A stretch of DNA of 64,000 nucleotides from Flectonema sp. DT1601 (taxonomy: Eukaryota): assembly GCA_964019425.1 (NCBI GenBank), contig OZ025799.1, forward strand, positions 62,001 to 126,000, given 5' to 3'. Position 1 is the first letter of the stretch; every line of letters begins with the position of its first letter. Of this stretch, positions 30,266-41,430 are shown one piece after another. Under the pieces are notes generated by a model. That model made no database searches. It was not told the origin of the DNA and was given only the letters and a program-made list of their open reading frames with translations. A program made the translations under genes and the position numbers.

Positions 30266-31213
30266 CTACGTCATCGTTGCCCCAGCATGAGGATGCTTAA
30301 TCATTTTCTGAACGATAACATTACCAGAATACCCGCAACCAACAGTACTGTGATAAGTCGACGCAATATCTCCTGGGGAATGTCCAAGAAATGGATACCC
30401 ACGTGACTTCATTTCTAATTCATGTTGAGCGAATAGGCACCCCGCACAAGGAGCTAAGAAGAGGTACGCAATTTCTTCAAGTTCTGGTGTTCTGCACATA
30501 CATTCACCGCAAAATCTGCAGGGGGCGCTTACTTGCATTAGAGTGGTATCAACACAATTGTCTTCCAGCTGGTAGTGCGCCTTTATCATCCATCGGTTCG
30601 CTCGTAATGCGCACATTGGAAATAACAAGGATTCTAAACACATGCAGCAATCTTCGTGTCCGTCTGTGAAAGTTTGGTTACATAGGAGTGTGAATTTCGT
30701 ACCCCAAAGACCTGCACAGCACTCGTAATTCTTGTCATTATCAAGGAGGAGCTGCTTGCGTTCTTGGCAAATCAAAAAGACGCTAATTGGATACAGATAT
30801 CCACCAAGACAGTTTAAACATGACCAAGGGCAGTCTCTTGACCACGAACACCAAGGGCCTAGTTTGTGTGTAGTGGCCCAAGGTTCTTGTCCAAGGCTAT
30901 CCTTTGTTGTTTTATTTTCTCTCGTTGGTGCAGCTCTGTGAACTATTTTACCCTTTCCTACTAGTGGGTACCAGAATTCTTTACTACGGTATTCTGGAGG
31001 CCATCTTCCACCTGGGGATGGCCAAGGACCGGTTTCTCCCTGTACTGCATCTTTCACATAGTTAAGTGCTGCATTCTGCATCGTTTCAGCCTTACCTTTT
31101 ACGTCATCAACCTTTGATGAAATTGCACTCATGAATCCTCCCTTTTTAGATGCTCCCTGCTCAGGTACAACTCCTGCACCAGACCCGAACTCAACCTGCT
31201 GGTTGTCTCCCAT
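30266..31213 (-). CDS. PLAC8-family cysteine-rich protein
   Basis: Two PLAC8-like halves: CLGGYLYPISVFLICQERKQLL, and CLESLLFPMCALRANRWMIKAHYQL...GCLFAQHELEM. Confidence 0.65.
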   Translation of the reverse strand: MGDNQQVEFGSGAGVVPEQGASKKGGFMSAISSKVDDVKGKAETMQNAALNYVKDAVQGETGPWPSPGGRWPPEYRSKEFWYPLVGKGKIVHRAAPTRENKTTKDSLGQEPWATTHKLGPWCSWSRDCPWSCLNCLGGYLYPISVFLICQERKQLLLDNDKNYECCAGLWGTKFTLLCNQTFTDGHEDCCMCLESLLFPMCALRANRWMIKAHYQLEDNCVDTTLMQVSAPCRFCGECMCRTPELEEIAYLFLAPCAGCLFAQHELEMKSRGYPFLGHSPGDIASTYHSTVGCGYSGNVIVQKMIKHPHAGATMT

Positions 31214-31461
31214 TTTGTTGCGCTTCTCACTGACAACATAAAAAAGTTTATATTCCGCAACAACAATACGAAGTAACGAACGAGTAGTTAGCTCGTTTAA
31301 AAAAAAGGATCGGAGGGAATAATAATATTAAATTAAAAATAGCAAAGTTAGTATTAGAAGTTAGTATTAGCGGGGTTATCACATATAAATAATCAATCTT
31401 AGGATAATTATATGGATTAAAAATATTTTTATTTATTTATTTATTAAATAAAGAATACTTC

Positions 31462-33348
31462 AGGCACTAAGGCTGAGAAGAGTAGTGTATTGATAACTTT
31501 TTAAACAAGCAAAGGTAAAGGCCAATTCCAATTCGGAAAATTTGGCTTCTTCAAACTCAAATTCAAAAAGCATCAATAACCCACTCTTGAATTAAAAAAC
31601 TGAAACACTAAAGTATTCAACTCACTACAAAAAATGAAAATCCTCGACAACCAATGTGCCGTTATTTAGTAAACAAAGCAAAAGACTGCTGGACATAAAA
31701 TAAAACAAATGATGAATGATACTACTTTACAATCACCTGTAGGGATCCTACCAAAACCTCATGAAAAAAGAATTGATACCCCGCAAGTGAGCCGCTAATT
31801 ACGTTATGGAGAGAACAGAAATAGGGAGGAAGCAGGAAATCTTTTTCCCCAAATGATCAGAGAACACTAGGCACTAAGGCTGAGAAGAGTAGTGTGTTGA
31901 TAACTTTTTAAACAAGCAAAGGTAAAGGCCAATTCCAATTAGGAAGTTTGGCTCCTTCAAACTCAAATTCAAAAAGCATCAATAACCCACTCTTGAATTA
32001 AAAAACTGAAACACTAAAGTATGAGGAGGGATCATACAAAACATGAAAAAAGAAATTGATACGCGAGGCGTGGGGCAACCACCCAGCCACCAGTTACGTT
32101 ATGATAGATAGGTAGATAAGGAAGTCCATGTGCATCGCTGATACAGCAAACTAAAGAGCATCGGGTTTACTCTCCAGGCTACAGCAATGTAATTAGACCC
32201 AATCTCATTAGGATTGTTATATATAGCTTCGGCTGACGGGGCATAATGAACACGGTATGCCTATTGTCAGCTTTCCACCTTTGTCCGATTGTTGTCAGGA
32301 AATGATATGAGGATAACTATAGAGAAAAAAAATAAAAGTAAATAATATAGAGAGAACAGAAATAGGGAGGAAGCAGGAAATCTTTTTCCCCAAATGATCA
32401 GAGAACACTAGCCGCTAAGGCTGAGAAGAGTAGTGTGTTGATAACTTTTTAAACAAGCAAAGGTAAAGGCCGTTTGGCTTCTTCAAACTCAAATTCAAAA
32501 AACATCAATAACCCACTCTTGAGATAAAAAAAGATTTAGAAAAACTGAAACACTAAAGTATTCAGGTATAATAATATTAATAATTCCCTCCTGGGAAGAC
32601 CTCTACAAAAAAGGAAAATCCTCGAAAACCAATGTGCCGTTATTTAGTAAACAAAGTAAAAGACTGCCGCTAATTACGTTATGGAGAGGACAGAAACGGG
32701 GAGGAAGCAGGAAATCTTTTTCCCCAAATGATCAGAGAACACTAGCCGCTAAGGCTGAGAAGAGTAGTGTGTTGATAACTTTTTAAACAAGCAAAGGTAA
32801 AGCAGTTTGGCTTCTTCAAACTCAAATTCAAAAAGCATCAATAACCCACTCTTGAGATAAAAAAAAAATTAGAAAAACTGAAACACTAAAGTATTCAGGT
32901 ATAATAATATTAATAATTCCCTCCTGGGAAGACCTCTACAAAAAAGGAAAATCCTCGAAAACCAATGTGCCGTTATTTAGTAAACAAAGTAAAAGACTGC
33001 CGCTAATTACGTTATGGAGAGGACAGAAACGGGGAGGAAGCAGGAAATCTTTTTCCCCAAATGATCAGAGAACACTAGCCGCTAAGGCTGAGAAGAGTAG
33101 TGTGTTGATAACTTTTTAAACAAGCAAAGGTAAAGCAGTTTGGCTTCTTCAAACTCAAATTCAAAAAGCATCAATAACCCACTCTTGAGATAAAAAAAAA
33201 ATTAGAAAAACTGAAACACTAAAGTATTCAGGTATAAATAATAATATTAATAATTCCCTCCTGGGAAGACTTGCTCAGCTCACTACAAAAAGGAAAATCC
33301 TCGACAACCAATGTGCCGTTATTTAGTAAACAAAGTAAAAGACTGCTG
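31462..33348. repeat. Five-copy non-coding direct repeat array
   Basis: CTAAGGCTGAGAAGAGTAGTGT recurs at 31467, 31874, 32415, 32749 and 33082 (spacings 407, 541, 334, 333). About 150-330 bp is conserved per unit. Confidence 0.95.
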
Positions 33349-33469
33349 AATGTAATTTAACAAACACACTTTGTCCAATTAATTTATCGTAAAAATAAAA
33401 CAACACAGATTAATTTTGTAAGTAAGAATACCCAAAATCATCATAGTCATTGTGATATAGAATTGTTAT

Positions 33470-36400
33470 TTAGTTTCGAGCACGTACATCACTAGCATTT
33501 GCTAGATAATTCTGAGCCGCCCTGTCCAACGCTGACCCGATATAATGGTGAGTCATTCCTCTAATTGACACTAATGAAGGAATACAATGTCTCGCGTGAA
33601 TGTTATTAAATATGTCACAGATGTATTGATAATATTCTTTCGGATATAAACACTCTCCATTCCAAACTTTGAGCCACGTAAAAACTTCGGGCGAAGGTGC
33701 AGGAGAAGTGTAGAGGAAACCAAACTTAAAGGACAGCTTCTTCAAGAATGGAGTTGCTTCGTGTTTTAGTATACAACTGAGGATACCATTGGCTTCCCTG
33801 TCAGATAACAACAAGAATTCAGATCCAGAATCTGTGTTGTACTGCAAGTAACCAGTCGCGATAGCATTCTCTTTGGAATTGTCAGCGGTAGTATCGAACC
33901 AGTTATGGGTGGCATATATTTTGTTTTGTGGACTGCACCATTTTAGTTTACCGAGAATCTCCAGAGAATTCATTTCTGTTAATGATATCCATCTCCAAGT
34001 GCTTAATACTGATGTTGTGTTTAATATTAAAGAGTAATCCCACCTTTTTTCCTTCTTCGCAACCTCTTCGAGGAGTTCAACGCTGACCTCTTTTTCTTGT
34101 TCTTCTTCTCTTGCGATTTCCTTTTCACACTCCGCATCAGCGGTAGATATCTTCAGACTTACACCTTCTCCCAGTTCGATGCACTTCTCCTTTATGAGGG
34201 TCACGTCCTCAGTAGGCTCCGTGATCAATGACACGGCATTTAAAGCAAACTTGCTAATTAACTCACTCTTTTGTGAACCGCTGTACATAGTTGTTAGAGA
34301 CCAGTCATCATATTGAACGGCTTCATTCTGATTATGTTTTACTTTGTGATGATGAAGACCAGACATAAACCATTCGCTTAACCCTCCAGTGATGCTGGTG
34401 CATGTGTTCTCAACTACCCATTGTAAGATGTCTTTAATATCTGTAGTCATTTGTTTCTTAGGAAGTTTGAGACTCACTTCTCTGGGTACTAAAATAGATA
34501 TCTTTTGCTCTGATCCAAGCTGACGAAGTCTACCAGCTCCCTGCATGAATTTATCTTTGAGGAGTCCCTTACCGAGGGTTTGGGCAGCCCGAGCGTTGAT
34601 GTTAAGTTTCATATCTGATCCAATGCATCGAGCTTCGTCAAATATTACAAAGCAATCACTGTCATTTAGTGATGATTCTAATTTAGAAAAGATTCTATTA
34701 TTCTCACGGAGGTTCATTACAACCCATCCGTCGTTAGCAAAGTACATCACACCTTTCTTATAGGATTGATGAGTAGTAATCAAATCAGCAATCTTCAGTG
34801 CGCAGTTCTTAAGATCACCAGCTTCAGCAAGTAGGCACCCCGTGTCAATGATGGCATCCATTTTTTCATTAACTGCGATTGTTATGCAGTCTTCCCAGAT
34901 GTTAGTATTTCCATTCATATGAATAATGGTTGATGCATGTTTAATAATCCGATCGATCATTAATCCATTCGTTGCTCTTACACTGTCAATTGCTGGTTCA
35001 CGCTGCTCAATATAAAGTGGTAGAAGTTGAGCTGTGTCATTCGTTCCACTGAAGCCAATTGTTGGACGGTGCGCAACCAAGTCCCAAGGTGAACATGTCA
35101 GTCTCGAAGGGTATGATATGGTGTCGTGAGGGTACACCATATTTAACAAGAAAAAGTTGATTGTTTCCTTGCAATACGCAAAGACTTCGAAGCAGTACTG
35201 CGACTGCACCTCATTAGAGAGGTCTAACTTTCCTATCGAATCAATAGTATTGAATTTATCATCATTTTCGTATTGTGGCCTAACACTCTCTAACCATGCA
35301 CGATAAACACCATCCTTCCTTCCTTGAGGAAGTTCAAGGAGTCCCTTTAAAGACTCAATTAGCTCTTTAAATTCTAGACCTCGCTGGTACATTGCCAGCT
35401 GGGTTAATAGAATTTGAACATCTGGGTGACAGAATTCACTTCGCTCATGTGGGATTCCCGCAGCGATATAAGGCACAGCAACCCTCTTTGATCTCTTCTT
35501 AGACATTCCGTACTGAACAGAATGCCTCAGGGTGAGGCAGTGGTGTAGAACACCGTGGGTCACAAGACCTCTCAACATAGTCATCTTGTGTCTTTCATTG
35601 GAATCTTGAAATAAATACAATTCCTTTTGAGGAGAGAGCTTATTAGGAGAGAGCACAAAGGACTTCAGTTCCCGATGACGATTCTTGTAGACGTCATTAA
35701 GTACCCAAGCTAGAGTGTCTGGTGGATTACTGAGCAGGGAATCCACTAGGCAGCTATACAGCTCTTCAGCCTTCTTACTGCTGCTGTCTATGATTCGAAT
35801 ACTCGGTTTCGTAACGGCAAAGTTTGGGTCCGCTAGGAGCTTTTTGATTTTTTTTGACGGATTCTCACACAGAGTCAGTGTCACACACTGAATAATCTCT
35901 GCGCGAAGGAACCACTCCGTCAATGGTTGTGGACTACCAGTTGCGTACACGATGTGATACTTGTGATTGCAAATGGTGTCCGACTCGTCGAGGATGAGTA
36001 CCTCGTTGGAGGTTTGAGCTGGTGACAAATCAATTTTATTATTATTTTCGGTAGTGCGACCTTCCTGAATCCAAAGTTCTAGCGACAAACGGTGCTCTGG
36101 CGACCCCACCCACATCCCAACACCATCGGACTTAATACCAGCAGCTCTCATTTTAACTGCAGCATTGTGGGGTAGTGACAAGTCTGTTTGATATTTTGTA
36201 GTTATCGTAGTTAGAAGTGAAGACCAATTCAAAATAAAAATTAACATCCGACACTTCTAAAGAAAAGGAGTTTAGAAAACAATAAATAACAAACCTCTCT
36301 GAAAGGGTTCCTCAAAGATTGGAATCTGCTGAGGTCCATCTTGCAGTGATTTCCTAAAATAACTCTTCGCTTCCGATAGCAACGGTCGGAGGATTACAAC

Positions 36401-39400
36401 TCTCGGAATTCGAATTCCTTTCGAAATGTAGTCGAGTACCAACATTGGTATTACTACTCTTGTTTTACCTGATCCCATATTTAGTTGAGAAACAGTGTTG
36501 GGGTTCGATAATAAGAATTTCGCGAGTTGGTATTGTGCGTTTCGTATTTGAATCTGCGAGTCAGCTTCGAAGCAAAGCCAACGCGGGTAGTCACACGATT
36601 TCCACTCTCTGAATGTCTCGATTTCTATGATCAGTTTTTGCATATTATTTATGTTTTTGAAATGCAAAATTCGCTTCAGCTTTCCTTCCAACACCAGCAG
36701 CTCCAGATACCCTTGAGCGGCATCTTGCAGGGAATTCTTTTCCGTTTCCTTGAGAACATCACTAGTACAAGATTCGATTGAATTATAAGCAAGTTTAAAT
36801 ATCCTCTCTTTGGTGTCATCCTCAAGTAGACTTGCTGAAATCAACAGCGACACTGCAGGAGTTCGTTTTCTCGCAAGGGTCATGTTGTTTGTGAAGATTG
36901 CGGTTTCCAAGTTTGAAAGTTTCTCCGATACTTGCCGCATGAAGATATCTACGACGATTTCTATACCGTCAGGGTTGCTTAATTCGTTTTCATTTTTTAA
37001 TGTGGCCCTATAGCTTCCCCAACTTTCCTGAAGCTGGGAGATCATTACCTTTTTCAGATAATTATCTGCTCGCAGGTCTGGCAGCGGGAATTGGTCATCT
37101 TCCCCAGCATTGTTTGCCTTGTTTCTCAGTAATTGGTTCAGTAAGCACTTCTCGCAATCGGAAACATAACGTTTGGCTTCAGAGGCAAGACCCGATATGT
37201 TTGAGTCAAATTCAATATTGCTCATTGGCAGGCAGTAAAAGTCCTCAACAACACCTGCATCACATTGTAATTTGTTTGTGAGAGTGTCAAGCTGCACGGG
37301 ATACTTGTCTACATCCCACAGGAACTTTCTCTTTGAGGTTTCGGAAAAGAAAGACCAGGCCAACCGTACTAACTCAGAGTTTCCACTACCGCATTTAACG
37401 ATGTTATCAAGTCTCTGTAGTTCCTCATCATTTAGTGGACATCCAACAGTACATCTCTTAAGTAATTTAATAGCGTATTGATATCCATTAGTCACTCTTG
37501 GAATAATCTCATACGGTATTCCAAATTGAGCATAGAGAGCTACAAGATGCATCCTTGAAGCTAATGATTGTCCTTTTGGTAAGGAGTGATGGTAAGAATA
37601 CGTGAAGAATTTAATTTTAGCATCACTCTCGGTAGGGATGCTCACTCCGTAATTAGAAACTGACCCATCCGGTACGATCAGTTGGTTGGGAGACAATTCC
37701 GTGTTGGAATCTATCTCGCGGTTGAGGAGAATACAATTCTTCAGCAGCGGCAAGTCATCCACGTGTTGCTTACTGCTTAGAACATAACCACTGTGACAAG
37801 CTTCTCGTATGATATCAGGAATTTGTTTGTCGACAAAGAAAGACAACCCGTATCGGGGAAGCCGTACAGTAAGTACACCGGTATTCTTGTCGCACATGTT
37901 GTGAATGAGCTTCCAGTTTTCGAGTCGAGTGAAAATTGCTTGAAGTTCCTTTGATATTGATACAAAATAAGCATCACCTTCCCTCAACTCTCCATTCGCA
38001 TACCCAACATACTTCGGTTCGTTGCAGAGATCATCAAAGGTGAGAGACTTGAACTTTACTTTAATCGTATCTTCACAAATCCAGTGGCTGTGTAATTCAA
38101 GAGGAATAAGTGGAATACCAGGAATACGAGACTTTATTTCATCAGGCGAGACTAGTCTTTCCCAGGATCCATCATGCTTGGTTTTGCAGATGACTTGCTT
38201 AGTTTCCGTTATCATAAAACTGTAGTGACGTTCATTAATAGGATGAGTTGTGGAGTATAGCCCGACAGTATTATTGGTATCCACTTCAAAGTTACGACTC
38301 CCAAACACTCTCTTGTACAACTTGTCATCAGTAATAGAATTAGGTAGACATCCTGGAGGGTTGCCATTCTTGAGGACCGTACCATCGAATGTGTTGATAA
38401 AATAATGATCATTATTAACATAACATTCAAAACAATAGTTAAAATCAATACCATCCTTCTTCATCTCAATTCCCCTCCAGTGAAGTTCGTATTCAGCACA
38501 CTCAGGGAAGACTCGTGAGACACCGTGAGTTAGGATTTCGCCTACCTCACTAGCATAATGTGCTACCTCGCGTATCTGTAAACTAGAAGTGAATTCAACT
38601 GTGGCATCTGGGCGGTCTTTATTCGTGTTAGACTTCCATCTGTAAGTTGTTAACTTTTCAAGGAATTCTTTTATCTGTTCCTTTCTCAAAGATGAATAAC
38701 TGTAAGCAGATATTGACAGCGACAACATATCTGCTTCTGAAGCTCGAAGTTTATAAGTTTGGCTGTGCATGCCTTTCCTTTTAATTTCCTTGTTAGTTAC
38801 ACCTTCGGCGACAGCTGCCCATTCCATCGCTGTTTTCGATAATTCATCCACTAGATCTGTAGATGAGTATTGTGAGAAGTGAGTTACTATTCCGCGTAAC
38901 AGTGGGAATAAGGTTCTGTTACGCGGAGCCGGTCTGATTATTTCCAACATTCGCTGCGTGCTTTCGAATAGGGAACTGCGTAACTCCGAATTCTGCTCGT
39001 AATCACTCCTCCAAATCAGTCTCCCAGTGCTGGCTTTTACTTCACCGAGGTGGTAAATTGCGTGCAGCATTGTCTTTTGAATGTCCTCATCGGCTAATTC
39101 AACCAAACTCCCGACTGACTTTTCAATACTGGCTGCGACTTTACGTATCTGCAACATTGGGAACGATCGCAAGCTTCCGAAGTTAAGGAATCCTGGCTTA
39201 TCCATTCCAACAGGAGGACGTTTAGCATAAATTATATTCCCTCTGTCAGTTTCGTTTTCGGTCAAAGAAGGGCATCGTACTGCCCACTGGAGAGACTTAT
39301 TAATAAGTTTCGGAGTAAAAGCCTCCATGTAGTCCTCCCGATTGTAGCAGAACGGGTTGCTTCCATCATCGTAGGCAACAGCAAAGCCTGCAATGAGATA

Positions 39401-41430
39401 GAATGTGCATAGGTCAACAACTTCCCTCAAACTACGTATTTCGAATATCGTACTAGGGCCTGAACGGGAAGGAGGTTTCCTATTTCCCGGAAGAAATAAA
39501 GATAAACCTGTGGGTGAGCAATCCCAAGAACACCTGCTCCACCTGCGCGTAAAGTTAGTGAAGTCATCGCAATTCTGAAGCTGGTTACGATTCTTGCCGA
39601 GAATTGCATAGCAGTGAAATGCATACGTAGCGAGGTTGCGTAGCTCACTCGGCATATTATAGAAGAATACTATTCCCCGAGCTTCCTTATTATTCAGAGG
39701 AAGAAGTGACTTCAAACTCGAGGGTGGCACTAGTAATCTCGCAAGAGATGCATTTATGTTCTGATAGCCGTAATCATGTTCAATATTTCTATTATATGTA
39801 CTGTCGTAATTGGCTATGTATTCTGCACGCTGCCTTTCTAATTGGCGGTATCTCATCTTTTGATCTTCAACAGTAGACCAAAACTGTTGCTGCCGTTGTG
39901 ATACAGCATTCCTCTCTTCCTGTAGTGTGCGGGTGAGCAAGGGCGATCCCCGCACAAACTCATCTGCAAAAGAAAGTGTCCCTTCAGTAGATGTGCTATC
40001 GCAATAAAACAACCGTTTTGCCTTTGGAGTTGTAAAGGCTGCAACGTACTTGGCTATTTCTACTACACAATCTCGCATCTGTTTCCTAGATAACACCAAA
40101 CACTCCAAATGTGTAACATCCACAGCAACACCATATTCCCTGACTAACTCGTGAGTGTCTACGGCCAGCCTGTTTTGTTTCTTTTCGTCAATCAAGATAT
40201 CAGAAACCATGTCGAAAGCTTAATAATAAAATAATTTGATAAGCTCACATACCTGTGCAATACACAGTACCCCATCCACACAACAACAACGACAGACGAT
40301 TCCCATTCTTCCTTCGGAAGCTGGTGCGCACCAACGCGATCGTTACTTTTTGTTTGGTAAGAATATATGTACTCCATTGCAACGCGGCATGTGTCGCTCG
40401 TCGGTGGGTTCGGTGCCACTAAAGCATTAAACAGAAAAGACTCTATCTGCATGCAATGATAGAAAGAACTACCTCCCAACAACTTGCCAGAGTTCAACAA
40501 AGCTGTGTTTCTAATTGCTTCTGGCGTTCGGCTGCCTTGGTGGGTGATCTCATGGAGTTTCAATCCTGACACAAGGAGAGTTTTGGTTTCCTGCCTGTTT
40601 GCTATATTGCAGTTGCCTACATTATTGTAATCGACGTAAAGTTGTTTCATTTCCTCTCCTTTTTGTCGGAGGTATTTGGCAGTCTCGCGAAAGTCATATT
40701 TGCTTCCCACCTCAGAAAGCAGAGTGTAACTGTATTGCGACACAAAATGCAGTAAATCAGTGTATGTTGATAAAGGTCTCCCTTCGATATCCTGTGAGGT
40801 ATTTTCAAGCTTCCAGAGCAAGAAGGACACAACAATCTTACGTACTTCGATCGGTGGTAACGAGTTGTGGAAGTGGAGTTGGCTCACAGTTTTCACCAGT
40901 GCTTCCAACAGACGCAGCGGTGTGCCTTCGCCAACTTTCTGGGTTGTATTTGCGGAATGCCTAACTTTTGGAACTTTTGGCTCTGTGTTTGGTACGGTAG
41001 TCTTCACAAGATGCACAGCCTCTTGTGCAACCCGTTGCACAAACTCTGCTGTTTCGACGTTAAAATAACCATCCGCTGCTGACATAACCCCTCTAAACAT
41101 AGCTTCAAATCGACTAACTTCCCCACCATCGATATCTAGCTCGCCACAAGGGAAGAAACCAGTACTGGAAGAGGACGTTGTGATAACAATGAAGTTAACG
41201 ATATCTCCTTCAGGAGGTCGGTAATATGCTACAATGCATCTGCTACGAGCTGATCCCAACAGTTTGATATCATTACTCTCTCCTCTCAACACATCGTTCA
41301 CTAACTTCGCGCAGCGGTTTTCCTCTGGTGTTGTCTTCATCGGAGAATCGTAAACCTCATCATTGCTCTCAATTGCTGAAACGTATTTTCTGAATTCATC
41401 TTTCAGTAATTCGAAAGAATAGCCCTTCAT
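33470..41430 (-). CDS. DUF3638/DUF3645 family giant protein with SF2 (SecA-like) P-loop ATPase core, 3 exons (41430-40253, 40169-36295, 36183-33470), 2588 aa
   Basis: Three track ORFs join in frame through two GT-AG introns (1178+3875+2714 = 7767 nt). Motifs: VSQLNMGSGKTRVVIPML (DUF3638), ILDESD, AVPY...SEFCHPDV (DUF3645), GFSGTND, IIDTG, FMQGAGRLRQLG, ECEKEIAREEEQEKE. Confidence 0.88.
36184..36294 (-). other. GT-AG intron (111 nt), intron 2 of the DUF3638 gene
   Basis: GTTTGTTATTTATTG...CTTCTAAC...ACAAAATATCAAACAG. Phase 1; yields PFQR-DLSL. Confidence 0.85.
40170..40252 (-). other. GT-AG intron (83 nt), intron 1 of the DUF3638 gene
   Basis: GTATGTG...GAAAAGAAACAAAACAG. Phase 2; yields VLHRLAVDTHELVREYG. 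Confidence 0.85.

Noticed and set aside
31470..31575. Short minus-strand ORF (MLFEFEFEEAK...) inside the repeat unit
   Set aside because: The frame is not preserved between copies (indels not divisible by 3 in copies 4-5).
31462..33348. CRISPR array or hammerhead-ribozyme retrozyme
   Set aside because: Units are 150-330 bp, most intervening sequence is itself duplicated, no cas genes are present, and there is no CUGAnGA/GAAA core with matching stems.
33470..41430. Ubiquitinyl hydrolase call often attached to this family
   Set aside because: I could not identify an OTU/USP catalytic Cys-His motif. Only P-loop/SF2 motifs are visible.
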